Shown here piece by piece: positions 10,574-24,049 of a DNA stretch of 64,000 nt. The notes beneath the pieces are model-generated. The model ran no database searches. It was not told the origin of the DNA and saw nothing but the letters and a program-made list of their open reading frames with translations. How positions within the stretch are numbered: the first letter of the stretch is position 1; the number at the start of each line of letters is the position of its first letter. Position numbers and translations under genes: made by a program. Location of the stretch: NCBI RefSeq assembly GCF_001194135.2, contig NC_069005.1, positions 20,987,139-21,051,138 of the forward strand, written 5' to 3'. The DNA is from Octopus bimaculoides. Lineage: Eukaryota.

Positions 10574-12587
10574 CTGAAGTAGAAAAGGTTGGAAAAAAGA
10601 AAAGATTAGTAAAAAACTACATCAAAACAAGATATACTAATCATCATCATCATCATCATCATCATCGTCGTTTAACGTCCGCTTTCCATGCTAGCATGGG
10701 TTGGACGATTTGACTGAGGACTGGTGAAACCAGATGACTACACCAGGCTCCAATCTGATTTGGCAGAGTTTCTACAGCTGGATGCCCTTCCTAACGCCAA
10801 CCACTCCGAGAGTGTAGTTGGTGCTTTTACGTGCCACCGGCACGAAGGCCAGTCAGGCGGTACTGGCAATGGCCACGCTCAAAATGGTGTATTTTATGTG
10901 CCACAATATTTCATTTTAACATCCCTAGTATAAATACAGGCACCCATATGGTTCTGGAATTAATCCAACTGCAGAGTACCTTGAGCAAGTGTCCTCTTAT
11001 CATAGCTCTAGGCTGAGCAACTGTTTCAGAGTCAGTGAGTTAATACAAAAAGTGTGACAATTAAAGTACGTTAATGATAAAGAAAGTGACATTTATTTAT
11101 TCAAGAAGCAGAAATTGATAAAATATGTACCAGATTGTAATAGGTACTGAAGTTGACACGAATAATTAAAAACCCTTGAAAGCTGGCCCCCAACAAGGCA
11201 GCAGATTGCATCGATAACCAACTGAAGGAAGTGTCTTTCTGGGGTTAAAATAGTTGTAACATTGGTTCATACGCAACGGCCATGTTAAAGTGGTGATAAA
11301 CAAAAGAATATGAGTTTTTTATTTTATCTTGGCCACCTCAGTGCTCAGTTCTTTGATTCTTCCATCAGTTTTGATGGAGAGTTTGATTAATGGAACCATC
11401 TACTCATTGTATAACAGTGTCAATGTTTGAGTATTCAACAGACTAATTATTGCAATCTTCTTTCCAAATCAGTTTGGCACTAAATGTGAGACTAGCTCTT
11501 TGAATTACAGAATCCATCTTCTATTGCTTTGCAAGCGGTTGAGTATTCCACAGGCACTTGTGCATTTAATTACTCCTCAGACAAAATAAATCATTGTTAC
11601 AAAGCTGGATTACATTTACATTCATCCTTCACTCATAATACTCTCTCTCTCTCTCTCTCTTTCTTCTTGAGTCGGGGTGCATGTACACGTGTCTTGAATG
11701 AAGAGATAGAGAGGATCTGTATACATATGGGTGTGTATTTGAACTTACACTACTTTTCATATATGTGTGGATGTGTATGCTTAGACATATGAACATATAT
11801 ACATGTCAGTAGATGTGAATAAATAAAAAGTTATATATGTCTATGGGTGTGTGTGAGCATGATGTGTGTGTGTATGAGTAAATTGTTACACACAGCTATT
11901 TCTCATTAACCAAATCACAGTCTGTTTATCATCATTAAGTTGAAATATCCTTTGATCTATGACAGTTTAGATGTTGAATTAACCATTCTTCTTAAATATC
12001 CTGACTACAGTTATTCCTCTTCTTTCTTTGTATCTTTTGATAAAATAAAAATAATAACCTTCCTTTTCTTAAATGCTATATATAGAATGTTCTAAAATTA
12101 CATGCAGTTTTATTTAGCAGTGTCAACCAACTGATGTTGATAAATCTTACTATAATGGGCATTATGCCCGTCTGTGTGTCTGTTCCCTGTTCACAGTCAA
12201 ATGGCTGGACCGAAGGAGATAATCAGGAACGTTTTTAGCAAAAACATGTGGAAAAGTATGAGTATTTAGTGGATATTGAGAGCAATTGTTCAGTTTACAG
12301 GCGTAAAAAAAGTAAATAAAAATTAAGGGGGAGATAATTAATAAAAGAGGTAAAGGGAAGTAAGTCAACTTACTTCACTGAATTATACTATACACGAAAG
12401 TTTTAGTTTAGGATAGCTTTATAAAGGAAAGATTGTGATGGCTTTGGCTCATCTTTAATCGGTGTATGAACAATTACCGATATTGAGTTTTGTATCACCT
12501 TTGAGTTTTTTCTGTTAAAATTCCAGCGATGAAGGATTAACTCTGGATTTCTCCCTGTATAGTTCATGAATTTAGAAGGTTTGGATT

Positions 12588-12780
12588 TGCGATACTATTC
12601 CTTTATTTCCCATTGTAGATGGGCAGACTCCTAAAGATTTCGCTCGCTCATCCACACCAAAAAAGGTACTGAGCCAGACTTTAGATCGTGTAGGTGTATT
12701 TTCACTGACTCCGATGTTTACACATGGCCAGTTATACGTTGCCATGAATAGAGCAATGGACTCCGGTAATTTGAAAGAGC
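12588..12780 (+). mobile_element. Helitron PIF1-type helicase C-terminal relic
   Basis: Translates as IPLFPI...SQTLDRVGVFSLTPMFTHGQLYVAMNRA, matching the motif KSQGQTLxxVG...FxHGQLYVAxSR. Confidence 0.7.
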
Positions 12781-12874
12781 CTGGTGTAGCCATCTGGTTT
12801 CACCAGTCCTCAGTCAAATCGTCCAACCCATGCTAGCATGGAAAGCGGACGTTAAATGATGATGATGATGATGA

Positions 12875-12910
<36 letters not shown>

Positions 12911-13898
12911 TAGCTGAATAGCCCGTTGTTGCCAGGCAATTTTTACAATAGAATGTCTTATATAAATTTTTATTTAGTCCATGTCAGAGCATGCCTTCCC
13001 CAACAGATAGGCCTCTTGATCAGGACAGATTTGTGAAATTTTTCACCAAAAGACTTTGTTGAGGATTTTTTTCTGCTTTAAATTACTTACATGTCTGTTC
13101 AACTGTTTCACATGACTTTCTTCATTAAAACTTCAGAAGTTCTTACAACTTTGGTCATTGTAATGCTTTGCTTTTGCTTGTTTAATAAAAATTTCTCCTC
13201 CTAATGATTTTGCTTTCATTTTGTGATTGACAGCTATCATGCAGAAAATGCCAGCTTTCAAATCCTGTTTCTGATTAGGTAAAATTGATTTTTGGTTGTT
13301 TCCATGTGTTAGATTGAACAAAGTAACAAACACACCACTCACACACATGTAAAGAAAGAGGACTCAGTGAAAATGAAATGAAGTGTAGTTAAAGAACTTA
13401 GAAGAGGGATATGGATCACTTTCACCAGCTAGGCTTTTTATACTACCATTGATAGTATTCACAGTAAAAAGTGAATATTGCTGATGTTTTTATAGCCTGT
13501 TCAGCTAGGGTTTGTATTTATTTGTGTTTGATCTGTGGTATTATCTGTATGTTGATAAAGTAGGAAGATAATATATTTGGGAAATTTGTTTTTTGCACAT
13601 ATAAGAGTGAGAAGTAAGTTGATTACATCAACACCAGTGCTTAACTAGTATTTCTTCTGTGGACCCCAAAAGGATAAAAGCAAAGACAACCATGGCAGAA
13701 TTTGAGCTCAGAATATAAAGAACCAGAAGACATGTTGTCTAGCATTTTGTCTGAAGTAATAATGATTCTGCCAGTTCGCAATAATAATAATAATAATAAT
13801 GATAATGATGATGATGATGACAATGATGAGGATGACAATGATGATGATTATGATGATATTTTCTGCATCATCATCTGTTGGTGTCTTTTGGAACTTAC

Positions 13899-14053
13899 TT
13901 TGAGATCTTCGGCTGCATTTTCCTCCTTCCACCTGAATAGAATCTTTTCGTTAGAAAAATGATCTATTTCATAGCTAAAACTTCTGTCCTGATAAGATAT
14001 TCTGGTTAATGGTAGGAAATCTGAACATCGATTATTGCTGTCATTCTTCAACA
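13899..14053 (-). CDS. XRCC4: XRCC4 coding exon 2 (VLKNDS...SYEIDHFSNEKILFRWKEENAAEDLK)
   Basis: Acceptor tattatttccag, donor AAA|gtaagt; 155 nt, phase 1 to 0, joins both neighbours in frame; head-domain beta strands preceding F-x-LGS. Confidence 0.8.
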
Positions 14054-14142
14054 CTGGAAATAATAGGAAATATTAGCATATATATTTACACACACACACA
14101 ATTTAATTATATACATACATACATACATAACAACATATATAT

Positions 14143-14146
<4 letters not shown>

Positions 14147-14185
<39 letters not shown>

Positions 14186-14209
14186 TAATAATAATAATAA
14201 TAATAATAA
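14147..14209 (+). repeat. (AAT)n microsatellite
   Basis: Read directly from the sequence. Confidence 0.95.
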
Positions 14210-14524
14210 TTCTTGCATTGAATTTATAAATATTTTAATGCATCACTACGTGTGTTTTCACAGCTCATGTTTCTTAAGATCAAAGTCTGTATGTTCATGG
14301 ATACCACAGTGCAGTCTGTCGTATCCATGGACATTAAGTAGATCATGTTCATGCATTCATTTCTTCAAGCTATAGACTTTGCCAGTTGGCATCATTAGGC
14401 TGTAGCCAGCATAATAGAATAGGAACTTTTATATCCATATTCAAAGGCATTAAGACAATATGACTCACCCCACACAACATATTTAAAACGTTTCTCATAA
14501 ACGAACTTAAAGGATATATGTGCG

Positions 14525-14557
<33 letters not shown>

Positions 14558-15189
14558 NNNNNNNNNNNNNNNNNNNNNNNNNNNNNNNNNNNNNNNNNNN
14601 NNNNNNNNNNNNNNNNNNNNNNNNNNNNNNNNNNNNNNNNNNNNNNNNNNNNNNNNNNNNNNNNNNNNNNNNNNNNNNNNNNNNNNNNNNNNNNNNNNNN
14701 NNNNNNNNNNNNNNNNNNNNNNNNNNNNNNNNNNNNNNNNNNNNNNNNNNNNNNNNNNNNNNNNNNNNNNNNNNNNNNNNNNNNNNNNNNNNNNNNNNNN
14801 NNNNNNNNNNNNNNNNNNNNNNNNNNNNNNNNNNNNNNNNNNNNNNNNNNNNNNNNNNNNNNNNNNNNNNNNNNNNNNNNNNNNNNNNNNNNNNNNNNNN
14901 NNNNNNNNNNNNNNNNNNNNNNNNNNNNNNNNNNNNNNNNNNNNNNNNNNNNNNNNNNNNNNNNNNNNNNNNNNNNNNNNNNNNNNNNNNNNNNNNNNNN
15001 NNNNNNNNNNNNNNNNNNNNNNNNNNNNNNNNNNNNNNNNNNNNNNNATATATATATATATATATACATACATATATATAATTTGAACAGAAGGGAACTC
15101 AATGCAAAAATTTAGAATCTAATGTTTTACTTAACAGCTCAATTTTCCTTCAGCCTTATCAAAACAAATAGTTTGACATGGAGAGGGAA

Positions 15190-15650
15190 GACTGTGATAT
15201 CATATCCATGGAACATCACAATATTACACACAGATGACATTTTGATATCATAGGAAGGACACCTCAATTTTGAAGTTAGAACATCTTGATAACAAAAAGA
15301 AGACACCTGATGCATCAATATTATCGAGGGTATACTTCAGTATCACACAGGAACACTTCAATATCACACAGGGATACTTCAATATCATACAGTGAATACC
15401 TAGATAGTACACAGAAAACACATTGATATCACAGAGAGAAAACATTTTGAAATTCTTAAAAGAGCATCTTTGATGTCTTGATTTTGATATGGCAGGGAGG
15501 GTACCCTGATATAATAAGAGAATACCCCTCAGTCTCACTGTTGAGAACAATTAAGAATACCACAATATCACAGTAGGTAACACATGGATATCCCAGATCA
15601 GAAGACCTTGATACTATAGGTGGGACACCTTGATATTGCTGAAAAGATAC
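15190..15650 (+). repeat. Degenerate about 21-nt minisatellite (aatatcacacagg.acacttc)
   Basis: Clearest units lie at 15335-15400 and decay on both sides. Confidence 0.6.
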
Positions 15651-16305
15651 ATTAAATTTTCAAGCTGTTCATTCTAATGCTCCATTTGTCATTTCACCTA
15701 GCTGTCACATAACTCTTAGTTCATCTATCTATCATTTCAGTCAACAGTGAGTTCACCTATCTGTTAATCTATCCAACTGCCAATTCATCTCACCTGTGTT
15801 CACCCTACTATCACTTCACCCAACTGCCAGTTCACCAAGGTGTCAGCTCACCTAACCATCAACTCGCCCAGATCTCAGCTGTTAGTTAACCTGTCTGTAC
15901 AATCATTCAGCTATTATTTATCACCAGGACATTTTTGAACTTACATTTGTTAGACTGACATCAAACTCTTCAAGTTTTACCTCTCATCTACTTCACACTA
16001 GACACTACCTTAACCACTAGATACTAGCTCAACACTTTAGCATTTATTCTGACCACATCTGACCTAGATATTTGCTCATTGTTAGGTTAACCCATTAGTA
16101 TTCAGATTATTTGTTCACATTGTTTTGAATTAATTAGGCATTATCTCATAGCTTTGAGAGTTCAATAGTGCGATTGTTGCATTTTTGGAATGACATTGTA
16201 AGGTAGGTGAGAGAGATCAGATCTGGTTGGTTTTAACATAAAACAGATAAGATATTTGAGCTGGATATGGTTTGTTTAAATGACAGAGGTTCATAATATA
16301 CTTAC

Positions 16306-16429
16306 CGAATCCACTCCAAAAGTCTTGACAATCTGTTATAATCAAATCGTAGCCCTCATCTTTAATTGTAGTGAAGAGGTAGAATTCTCTGTTATTGGCT
16401 ATTACCTTAATAAATGTCATATCTTCCAT
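16306..16429 (-). CDS. XRCC4: XRCC4 first coding exon (MEDMTF...ITDCQDFWSGF)
   Basis: Acceptor tctcttctag|A directly precedes the ATG; donor G|gtaagt; 41 codons +1 nt. ITDCQDFWSG resembles human XRCC4 LTDGHSAWTG. Confidence 0.87.
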
Positions 16430-18894
16430 TCTAGAAGAGACAATTAAAGAGAAGATTTAGTTGCTTTGATTATCAATTTTTCGCATCAATGATAACGGCA
16501 TATCAGTACATTATATAGATGTTACTAGAATAGTAGTGCCATACCAGCATGCCAAACCTAGCATACGAATTGTAGGATTATATTAATATGTCACATCAAT
16601 GGTAGTATGACTGGTATATCTAGAGTATAACTAGTATATAAAAGCTATATGTAATATTCAATATAATATATAGTGCTGTGTACCATAATGTAAAGTATGT
16701 TTCTAGCAATATAATATATAGTATAACTGGCATATCTAGTGTGTGTGTATGTGTGTGTACATACCTACACTTATCACACACATGTATAATGTATGTATAT
16801 ATGATATGTTTAGTAGACAGTATGATTAGTACATACACATGTATATGTTCAAGTTAATATCGAACAGTGGAGGAGAAACTCATTTCCCAGTTGTAAATAT
16901 ACATACATCATCATCATCAACATTTAATGTCCATTTCCCATGCTGGCAAGGGTTAGACAGCTTGACAGGAACTAGTAAGGCCAGGGTCACACTAGCTTTG
17001 GTTAGGTTTCTACAGCTGGATGTCCTTCCTAACTCTAGCCACTCCACTGAATGTACTGGAAGCTTTTTACATGGCACTGTTACCAGTGCTTTTACATAAC
17101 ACTATCACCAGTGATTTTTATGTGGTACCAGCACCCACACCAAAGATTTTTACATGGCATCTTGGTCTTAGGATCTCTGCAGATAATATACAGTATGTAA
17201 TATATAGTATAACTGGTATACATAGTTCAGTTTTGATCAAATTGACTTATTATTAAAGAGTGTTTCAGCCATGATCATTTTGGAGTACAAGGTGTATAGG
17301 ACTATGTTGTGGTTAAAACTCAGTTTGGAATGTATAGAATAAATTATGCAAAAAGTTGTCTACAAAATGAAATTCACCTGAAAGAAAAGGGGAATTAATT
17401 TTGAGAAAAATTAATTAAAAAGCAATTATTTATTATCTTGCTTAAGAAGAAAATCTGATTCTTTTAGTAAGCAAGATGGCAGTTATAGATATGTTCCTAT
17501 CTTATTTAGTAATATTACTGCTAAATGAGTTAAGGTGTCCAACAGAATAAAGTACTCTGATATTGGTTTCAAATCTTGACATGAGGCCAGTAGTTTTGGG
17601 GCAGGGATCGAGTTGATTAAATCAACCCCAGCATTCAACTGGTACTTATTTTATTGACACCAAAAGGGTGAAAAGCAAAGTCAACCTTAACAGAATTTGA
17701 ACTCAGAACATAGGCACAGATGAAATGCCACTAAGCATCTTGCCTAGTGTGCTAATGATTCTGCCAGTTCACTGCCTTATAAAGTACTATAATATTGGAA
17801 AAACAACAAAGGACTCTCCTCACAGTCACTCCACATGCTAAAAACAGCAGCTAAATCTCCATCATATCAGACCATTGTGTTTTAAAAAGGAAACAAATAT
17901 GGCCACATGTTGGAGCTCCTTTGATCATTGGCCTGTTCAAAGAAGGCAGACAAGTGCTCTGGGTTCATGGCACATTATATTTTGGCTGAGGAAATTCCTG
18001 GAATCTCAGGAAATGCTTGTATATATTGAAAACACACATCTACATTTTGTGAAAGAAGCAATCCCCAAGAGAAACTTGGTACCACCTGGTAAAATTTCCA
18101 CTCAGAAGCCATGTCTGGGGCTAACCAACAACAATAACTACGAAATTTTATCTAATTTATGATTGCATTTGTCTAAGTTTTTTGTAATTCTAGAAAGGAA
18201 GGAAATGGAAATTGTGAGACTGTGAAATTCATGGCCTTTGACCAAGGATGTTAGTGATGAGTGTGCAACGAAATGGGAGCAGCTAGTTCTTTATAGACCT
18301 TTATAAAGTTAGTTGAAGTGGAGAGGAGTGGTGAGCATAACTTTTCCAAGATCCTCCTCCCCAGAGGTTGATGTTTAGCTCTATATTAGCCATGACTATA
18401 TAAAACTATGATCAAAGCCATTCCCTATGTCCTGTAAGCCCAGAACCATATTATCAAACATGTTCCTTTTTAAGATGGTGCGATTTTGAGGTAGATTTAA
18501 CTGCTTTTTTTTTTTAGTAAGTAGGGTGGTGGTGCATTCATGAGGGGTTACCAATTTAGGGATAAAGGATTGGGTATTTAGTGCAAGATCAGGTGCTGCT
18601 CACTTGATCTGGTAGAAATAGCAGCTAAAGCTTTTCTTTTAAATTATTCTCTAACATTTTAAAAATTGCAAAGGATGCTGTAAATAGTATAATCCAAGAT
18701 AGCTTTTGATCATAAGCCTGCTGGACCAGGGCTGACATGGAACTAAACTGTAACAAGTGCAATAAAAACTGTACTTGCTGTGGTTTAGTCCCAAATCAGC
18801 CCTAATCGAAGGTTTCTGATTCTGGAGTTTAGGAGGGAGTTACAAATGTATTGTCACATAAATGTCACATGTAAACACAATTATATTTACTTAC

Positions 18895-18994
18895 CTTTCG
18901 TTGTATTGGAGGAGCAGATTCAATATTTCATTTAAAAGTAAAAATCATATGTTTGTTATTTATATTTCACATTGAACTTCCAAAATCTTCAGTC
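18895..18994 (-). other. XRCC4: Candidate non-coding 5'UTR exon of XRCC4
   Basis: Acceptor tttattttttaatcag-type and donor AAG|gtaagt bound 100 nt. It has stops in the XRCC4 frame. The ATG exon starts with an acceptor, so an upstream UTR exon is required. Confidence 0.5.
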
Positions 18995-20009
18995 CTGATT
19001 AAAAATAAATAAATAAATAAATAAAAAATGTCCCCGTAACTTAGCGGTTCAGCAAAAGAGACTTATAGAATAAGTACTAGGCTTACAAAGAATAAGCCCT
19101 AGGGTCGATTTGCTCGACTAAAAGGCGGTGCTCCAGCATGGCCACAGTCAAATGACTGAAACAAATAAAAGAGTAAAAGAGTAAATCCTTTTTAACAAAT
19201 AATTACAAAATAGTTTGATTGTGAGATGTGGGCACTGAATATAGAGGATGGCCTATAGGCTGTGCACCAGTAAATGTTTCGACTGAGGTACATTTACGGC
19301 CTTATGGCTTAACTAAAAATAAATGGAGCTACACAAACTTCTGGCTTTGTGCTACAGTAAAGTCATCTTGCCTTACATCCTCCTGCAGTTGATAAAATTA
19401 GTGTAACTAGCTATATTCAACTACTAGAATTTGTAGTCTGGTGTCTGTGTCAGAAATCAATGTAACTCTCATTGACAGCTCTGTACAAATATGAAACTTT
19501 CAAAGATTTGCCGAAAGTTATAAAAAAGTACATAAGTTATTTTATTAAATCATATCTTATAAAATATATCTGTTTTACAATATAAAATATAAAGAAAAAA
19601 GTGTAAAAGTTGGAGAGAAACGAAGTGAGTATGATCTGCTGGATGTAAAATGTTAATGTGCATGAAGATAAGGCTTAGATAAGCAGTAAGAGGAACTGGG
19701 TTTGAGAGGAATAAACTTTAGTATGCAGGAAGGACAGCTGCACTGATATGGACATATAATAGATATAGAAGATGACAGATCAGTCAAGAAGTGACAGGAG
19801 GGCAGATGGATATAATGTAAGAGGAAGATTAAGGAAAATATGAGCTGAGGTGGTGAAGGTTGATCTCATGATCTCAGGAAGCTGAACCCCACACAAGAGA
19901 TGACAAAGGAATGTAACAAGTGGTGGGAAGCTGTTTTTGGAGAGGACCCATCTAAATCATGCTAGTATAGAAAAAAAATGATGATATATGTACATATATA
20001 ATCCTCTCT

Positions 20010-20110
20010 ATGTATGTATGTATGTATGTATGTGTGTATGTATGTATGTATGTATGTATGTATGTATGTATGTATGTATATATGTATGTATGTATCTATC
20101 TATCTATATA
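20010..20110 (+). repeat. (TATG)n/(TATC)n microsatellite
   Basis: Read directly from the sequence. Confidence 0.95.
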
Positions 20111-21120
20111 TATCCACACACACATACATATATGTATATACTTATACATACATATGCATACACACACATCTTTTACTTGTTGCAGTCATTAGACTGTGGC
20201 TATGCTGGAGCGCCACCTTTAAGAAATTTTAGTTAAATGAATCAAACCCAGTACCTTTTTTTTTTAAGCCTGATAATTATTCTATTGATCTCTTTTTCTG
20301 AACTGGTAAGTTACAGGGACATGCCAACACCGATTGTCAAGCAGTGGTGGGGAACAAACACACACACACACACATGATGGAGTTCTTTCAGTTTCTGCCT
20401 ACCAAATCCAAGGCTTTGATCAGTGCAGGGACGGTTCTGAATGTGGTGAAGTATAAACAATAACACAGATGGATTGAGTTTTACTACCGTGGTTTCAGAT
20501 GTATTTTTTATTGGTGAACAAATCAATCACATAATATATATCATCATTTTAACATCAATTTTTCCATGCTTGCATGAGTTGGGTAGAATTTTTTGAGGCA
20601 GATTTTCTACAGCAGGATACCCTTCCTGTCACTAACACTCACTTGTTTCCAAGCAAGGTAAAATTTCTCCATGGCCAGACTGGAAATGAAAAACACCACA
20701 TGCATGACAGTGATGCTAGTTTATGATCATCACTTAATGCCAAGGTAAGGAGAGTAACACACACATGCACACATATACAAATACACTCACATGAACCGCT
20801 TCTTTCAGTTTTTCTCTATCAATTTCACTTACAAGACTTTGGTTGGCCCAAGGCTATAATAGAAGATATTTGCCCAAAGTGCCACGCAGTGGGACTGAAC
20901 CCAAAACCATGTGGTTGGGAAACAAACTTCTTATCACATAGCTATGCCTGCACCAGGTATGTCCAACCCATGTCAACATGGGACATAGATATCAAATGAT
21001 TATGATGAGGGTGATTCAGGCATATCCTTTACAACCATATTGCCCCCACCGACTCAGTCTCTCTGCTGAGATGTCCTTTTCTTGTGGGCTTGCAGGTCCT
21101 GGTACCATATAAAAAGCATA

Positions 21121-21600
21121 AAAGTCACCTGTGCTGGTGCCATGTAAGAAAGCACCTCTGCCAGTGCCATGTAAAAGAAGGGCCTGTACTGGTGCCACAC
21201 AAAAAACACCTGTGCTGGTGCCAAGTATAATAGTGCCCATACTGGTGCCATGTAAAAAGCACCTGTGCTGCTGCCATATAAGAAAGTACCCATTCTGGTA
21301 CCGTGTAAAAAAGTGTCTGTGCTGGTGCCACATATAATAGCACCTGTGCCAGTGCCACACAAAGAGCACCCACACTGGTGCCATGTGAAAGGCATCTGTG
21401 TCAGAGCCATGTATAAAGCATAAAGCACTTGTGCCAGTGTCACACGAACACCACCAAATACACTCCGCAAAGTGGTTGGTGCTAGGAAGGGTATCTAGCC
21501 ATAGAAACCATGCCAACTGGAAACTCAGAAGCTCTCTGGCTGACCAGCCATCCAACCCATGACAGCATGGAAAACAAACACTCAATGATGATGGCGATGA
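21121..21600 (+). repeat. RTE 3'UTR with an expanded about 27-nt tandem array (about 12 units)
   Basis: Repeated gcacctgtgctggtgccatgtaaaaa from 21121 to 21440, followed by the standard RTE tail. Confidence 0.8.
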
Positions 21601-22229
21601 TACATCATCTTTTCTCATCCATCTTCCATGCCAATGGTCTAAACGTTGTATTGCGTTCCATTGTCTACTTTGCACGGATTCTATGGCTGGATGCCCTTCA
21701 AAATACCAACCACTTTATGGAGAGTATTGGCACCAGCATATTTGAAGTTGATATACAGCTTAAACACTAAAATCCCCAAATCTCCTTCAACTGAGTGGGG
21801 TTGTAGTAGAGAGATAGAGGTGGTTTTATGCTAGGAGATGAGAGGTTAAAGTACAAGAGAGCAGAACAAGGTTTTTTGCTGCAAAGGAGCCACATGGCAA
21901 TGCATATTATTGAAGAGAGAACAAGAGTAACTCGGGTGGGTCTGGAAAGAGAGATAAAATACTGGTGATAAGTTATCAGTGTGGAAATAGCTGTTTGTAC
22001 CTATTTATTCAAACATGCATGCATCATGCTCACACACAACCACAGTCATACATAGTTTTTTTTATTTACTAACACCTACTGACATATGCATATGTCTATA
22101 CATCTAAGCATACATATCTATGCGTACATGAAAAGTAGTGTAAGTTCAAAAACATGCCCACATATACACAGTTCATCTCTAATCTTCATTCAAGACACAC
22201 ATACATGCACCCCAGCTCAAGAAGAGAGG

Positions 22230-22231
<2 letters not shown>

Positions 22232-22320
<89 letters not shown>
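22232..22320 (+). repeat. (AG)n microsatellite
   Basis: Read directly from the sequence. Confidence 0.97.
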
Positions 22321-22324
<4 letters not shown>

Positions 22325-24014
22325 ATGAGTGAAGGATGGAATGTAAAGGTAATGCAAAATCCCAGCTTTGTAACATTGATCCTGGGTGGACTCCAAGGTA
22401 ATGAGGTGAATGAGGAGCAAAGAACAGGGATAGTGGGAGAGTAGAAATTGCAAGGGAGTATAGAGAAGGTGGGGGATGGATAGAGATGAGAAATGAGTGT
22501 TAGGGTAAATATAATGAACAGGGTTCGATAAAGACCCACAGAGGCCCTAAGCACTTAAAAGACTTTGGTGCCCTCCATAGGTATGTAATTCAAAATATAA
22601 ACGATAATAAACCATAAAATAAATTTTCATTTTTCAAAATGAATCGAAACAGTTATTAATGTTATTGATGGAAAATAATGTTTATTTCTGTATACTTCCA
22701 ATTTATTTTATATTTGAAAAGTTTTCTACTTTTTTAATTACTCTTTACTCTTTTACTTGTTTTAGTCATTTGACTGTGGCCNNNNNNNNNNNNNNNNNNN
22801 NNNNNNNNNNNNNNNNNNNNNNNNNNNNNNNNNNNNNNNNNNNNNNNNNNNNNNNNNNNNNNNNNNNNNNNNNNNNNNNNNNNNNNNNNNNNNNNNNNNN
22901 NNNNNNNNNNNNNNNNNNNNNNNNNNNNNNNNNCTTATTCTTTGGAAGCCTAGTACTTACTCTATCGGTCGCTTTTGCCGAACCACTAAGTTACGGGGAC
23001 GTAAACACACCAGCATTGGTTGTCAAGCGATGTTGGTGGGGGACAAACACAGACACACAAACGTATACACACACACATACATATATACAATGGGCTTTTT
23101 TCAGTTTCCGTCTACCAAGTCCACTCACAAGGCTTTGGTCGGCCCGAGACTATAGTAGAAGACACTTGCCCAAGGTGCCACGCAGTGGGACTGAACCCAG
23201 AACCATGTGGTTCATAAGCAAGCTACTTACCACGCAGCTACTCCTACGCCTATTGCCAAATCTTTAATCAGACCCTTACTGTGACACCATGAATACTTTC
23301 CAAATTATATTTCCGAGCATAAAAAAACTACTTTGAATACCATCTTAGCAAGTTTAAAGTGATTTCCCTTTGTTGGTTGTAAACCATTTACCATTTGTGT
23401 GGTGCCCCACCTCTTCCCTTGATGCTCTAAGCATTTGCTTATTTTACATAATGGTTAACCCAGTGTTGATAACGAATGAAGAATAAATGTGAAGCCATGA
23501 CAAATAGGAAGTAAAGTTGGGAAGTGTAGGTCATGACTGGAGAGATTGGTTAGTGTTGAGGGATGGATGAAGTGGTAGATAGGAGGTGGGTTGATCAAAG
23601 ATACATGAGTTACAGGGAGGTAGGGGAGAGCAAGTGATGACTGACAGTGCAAAAAAAAGGATGAAGGGCAGCAAAGTATTAATGAAGCTACAGTAGACAG
23701 AAGGCTGAGAAAAAGGGAGATAATGTGCGGTTGGATAGGTTGCAAGAGTGTGAGGGGAGAGGTAGGTTCAGTACATGGATGGGGGAGTGAAAAGTACATG
23801 GTGGTAAAGGAGGGGAGATAATTTGGTGACCAATGTAAAATGTGGATACAGAAGGATGGATATCAAGTGAAATGGTTCTGAATGAGAAAGATAAGTTAGG
23901 CAGGTGATAGAGGTTTTCAGTGATAGAGAAATGATGGGTGATGGTGATAGTTTGAAGAAGGGTGTAAGGGGCTCAGATGTGTGTGTGTGTGTGTGTGTGT
24001 CTGTGAACATTATA

Positions 24015-24049
<35 letters not shown>

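Noticed and set aside
14395-15115. Long ORFs spanning N runs (also 6606-7217, 22659-23267, 25009-25318, 28871-29746, 46471-46849, 47654-47906, 48620-49817)
   Set aside because: They are open only because N codons translate as X; flanks are microsatellite.
21121-21440. CRISPR-like array of palindromic 27-nt repeats
   Set aside because: There are no unique spacers or cas genes, the context is eukaryotic, and units are contiguous and part of an RTE 3'UTR.
23020-23217. Recurrent small ORFs containing VEDTCPRCHAVGLNP / YSRRHLPKVP / LQLDALPNANH
   Set aside because: They are reading frames through SINE family A and RTE 3'UTR copies, not a protein family.
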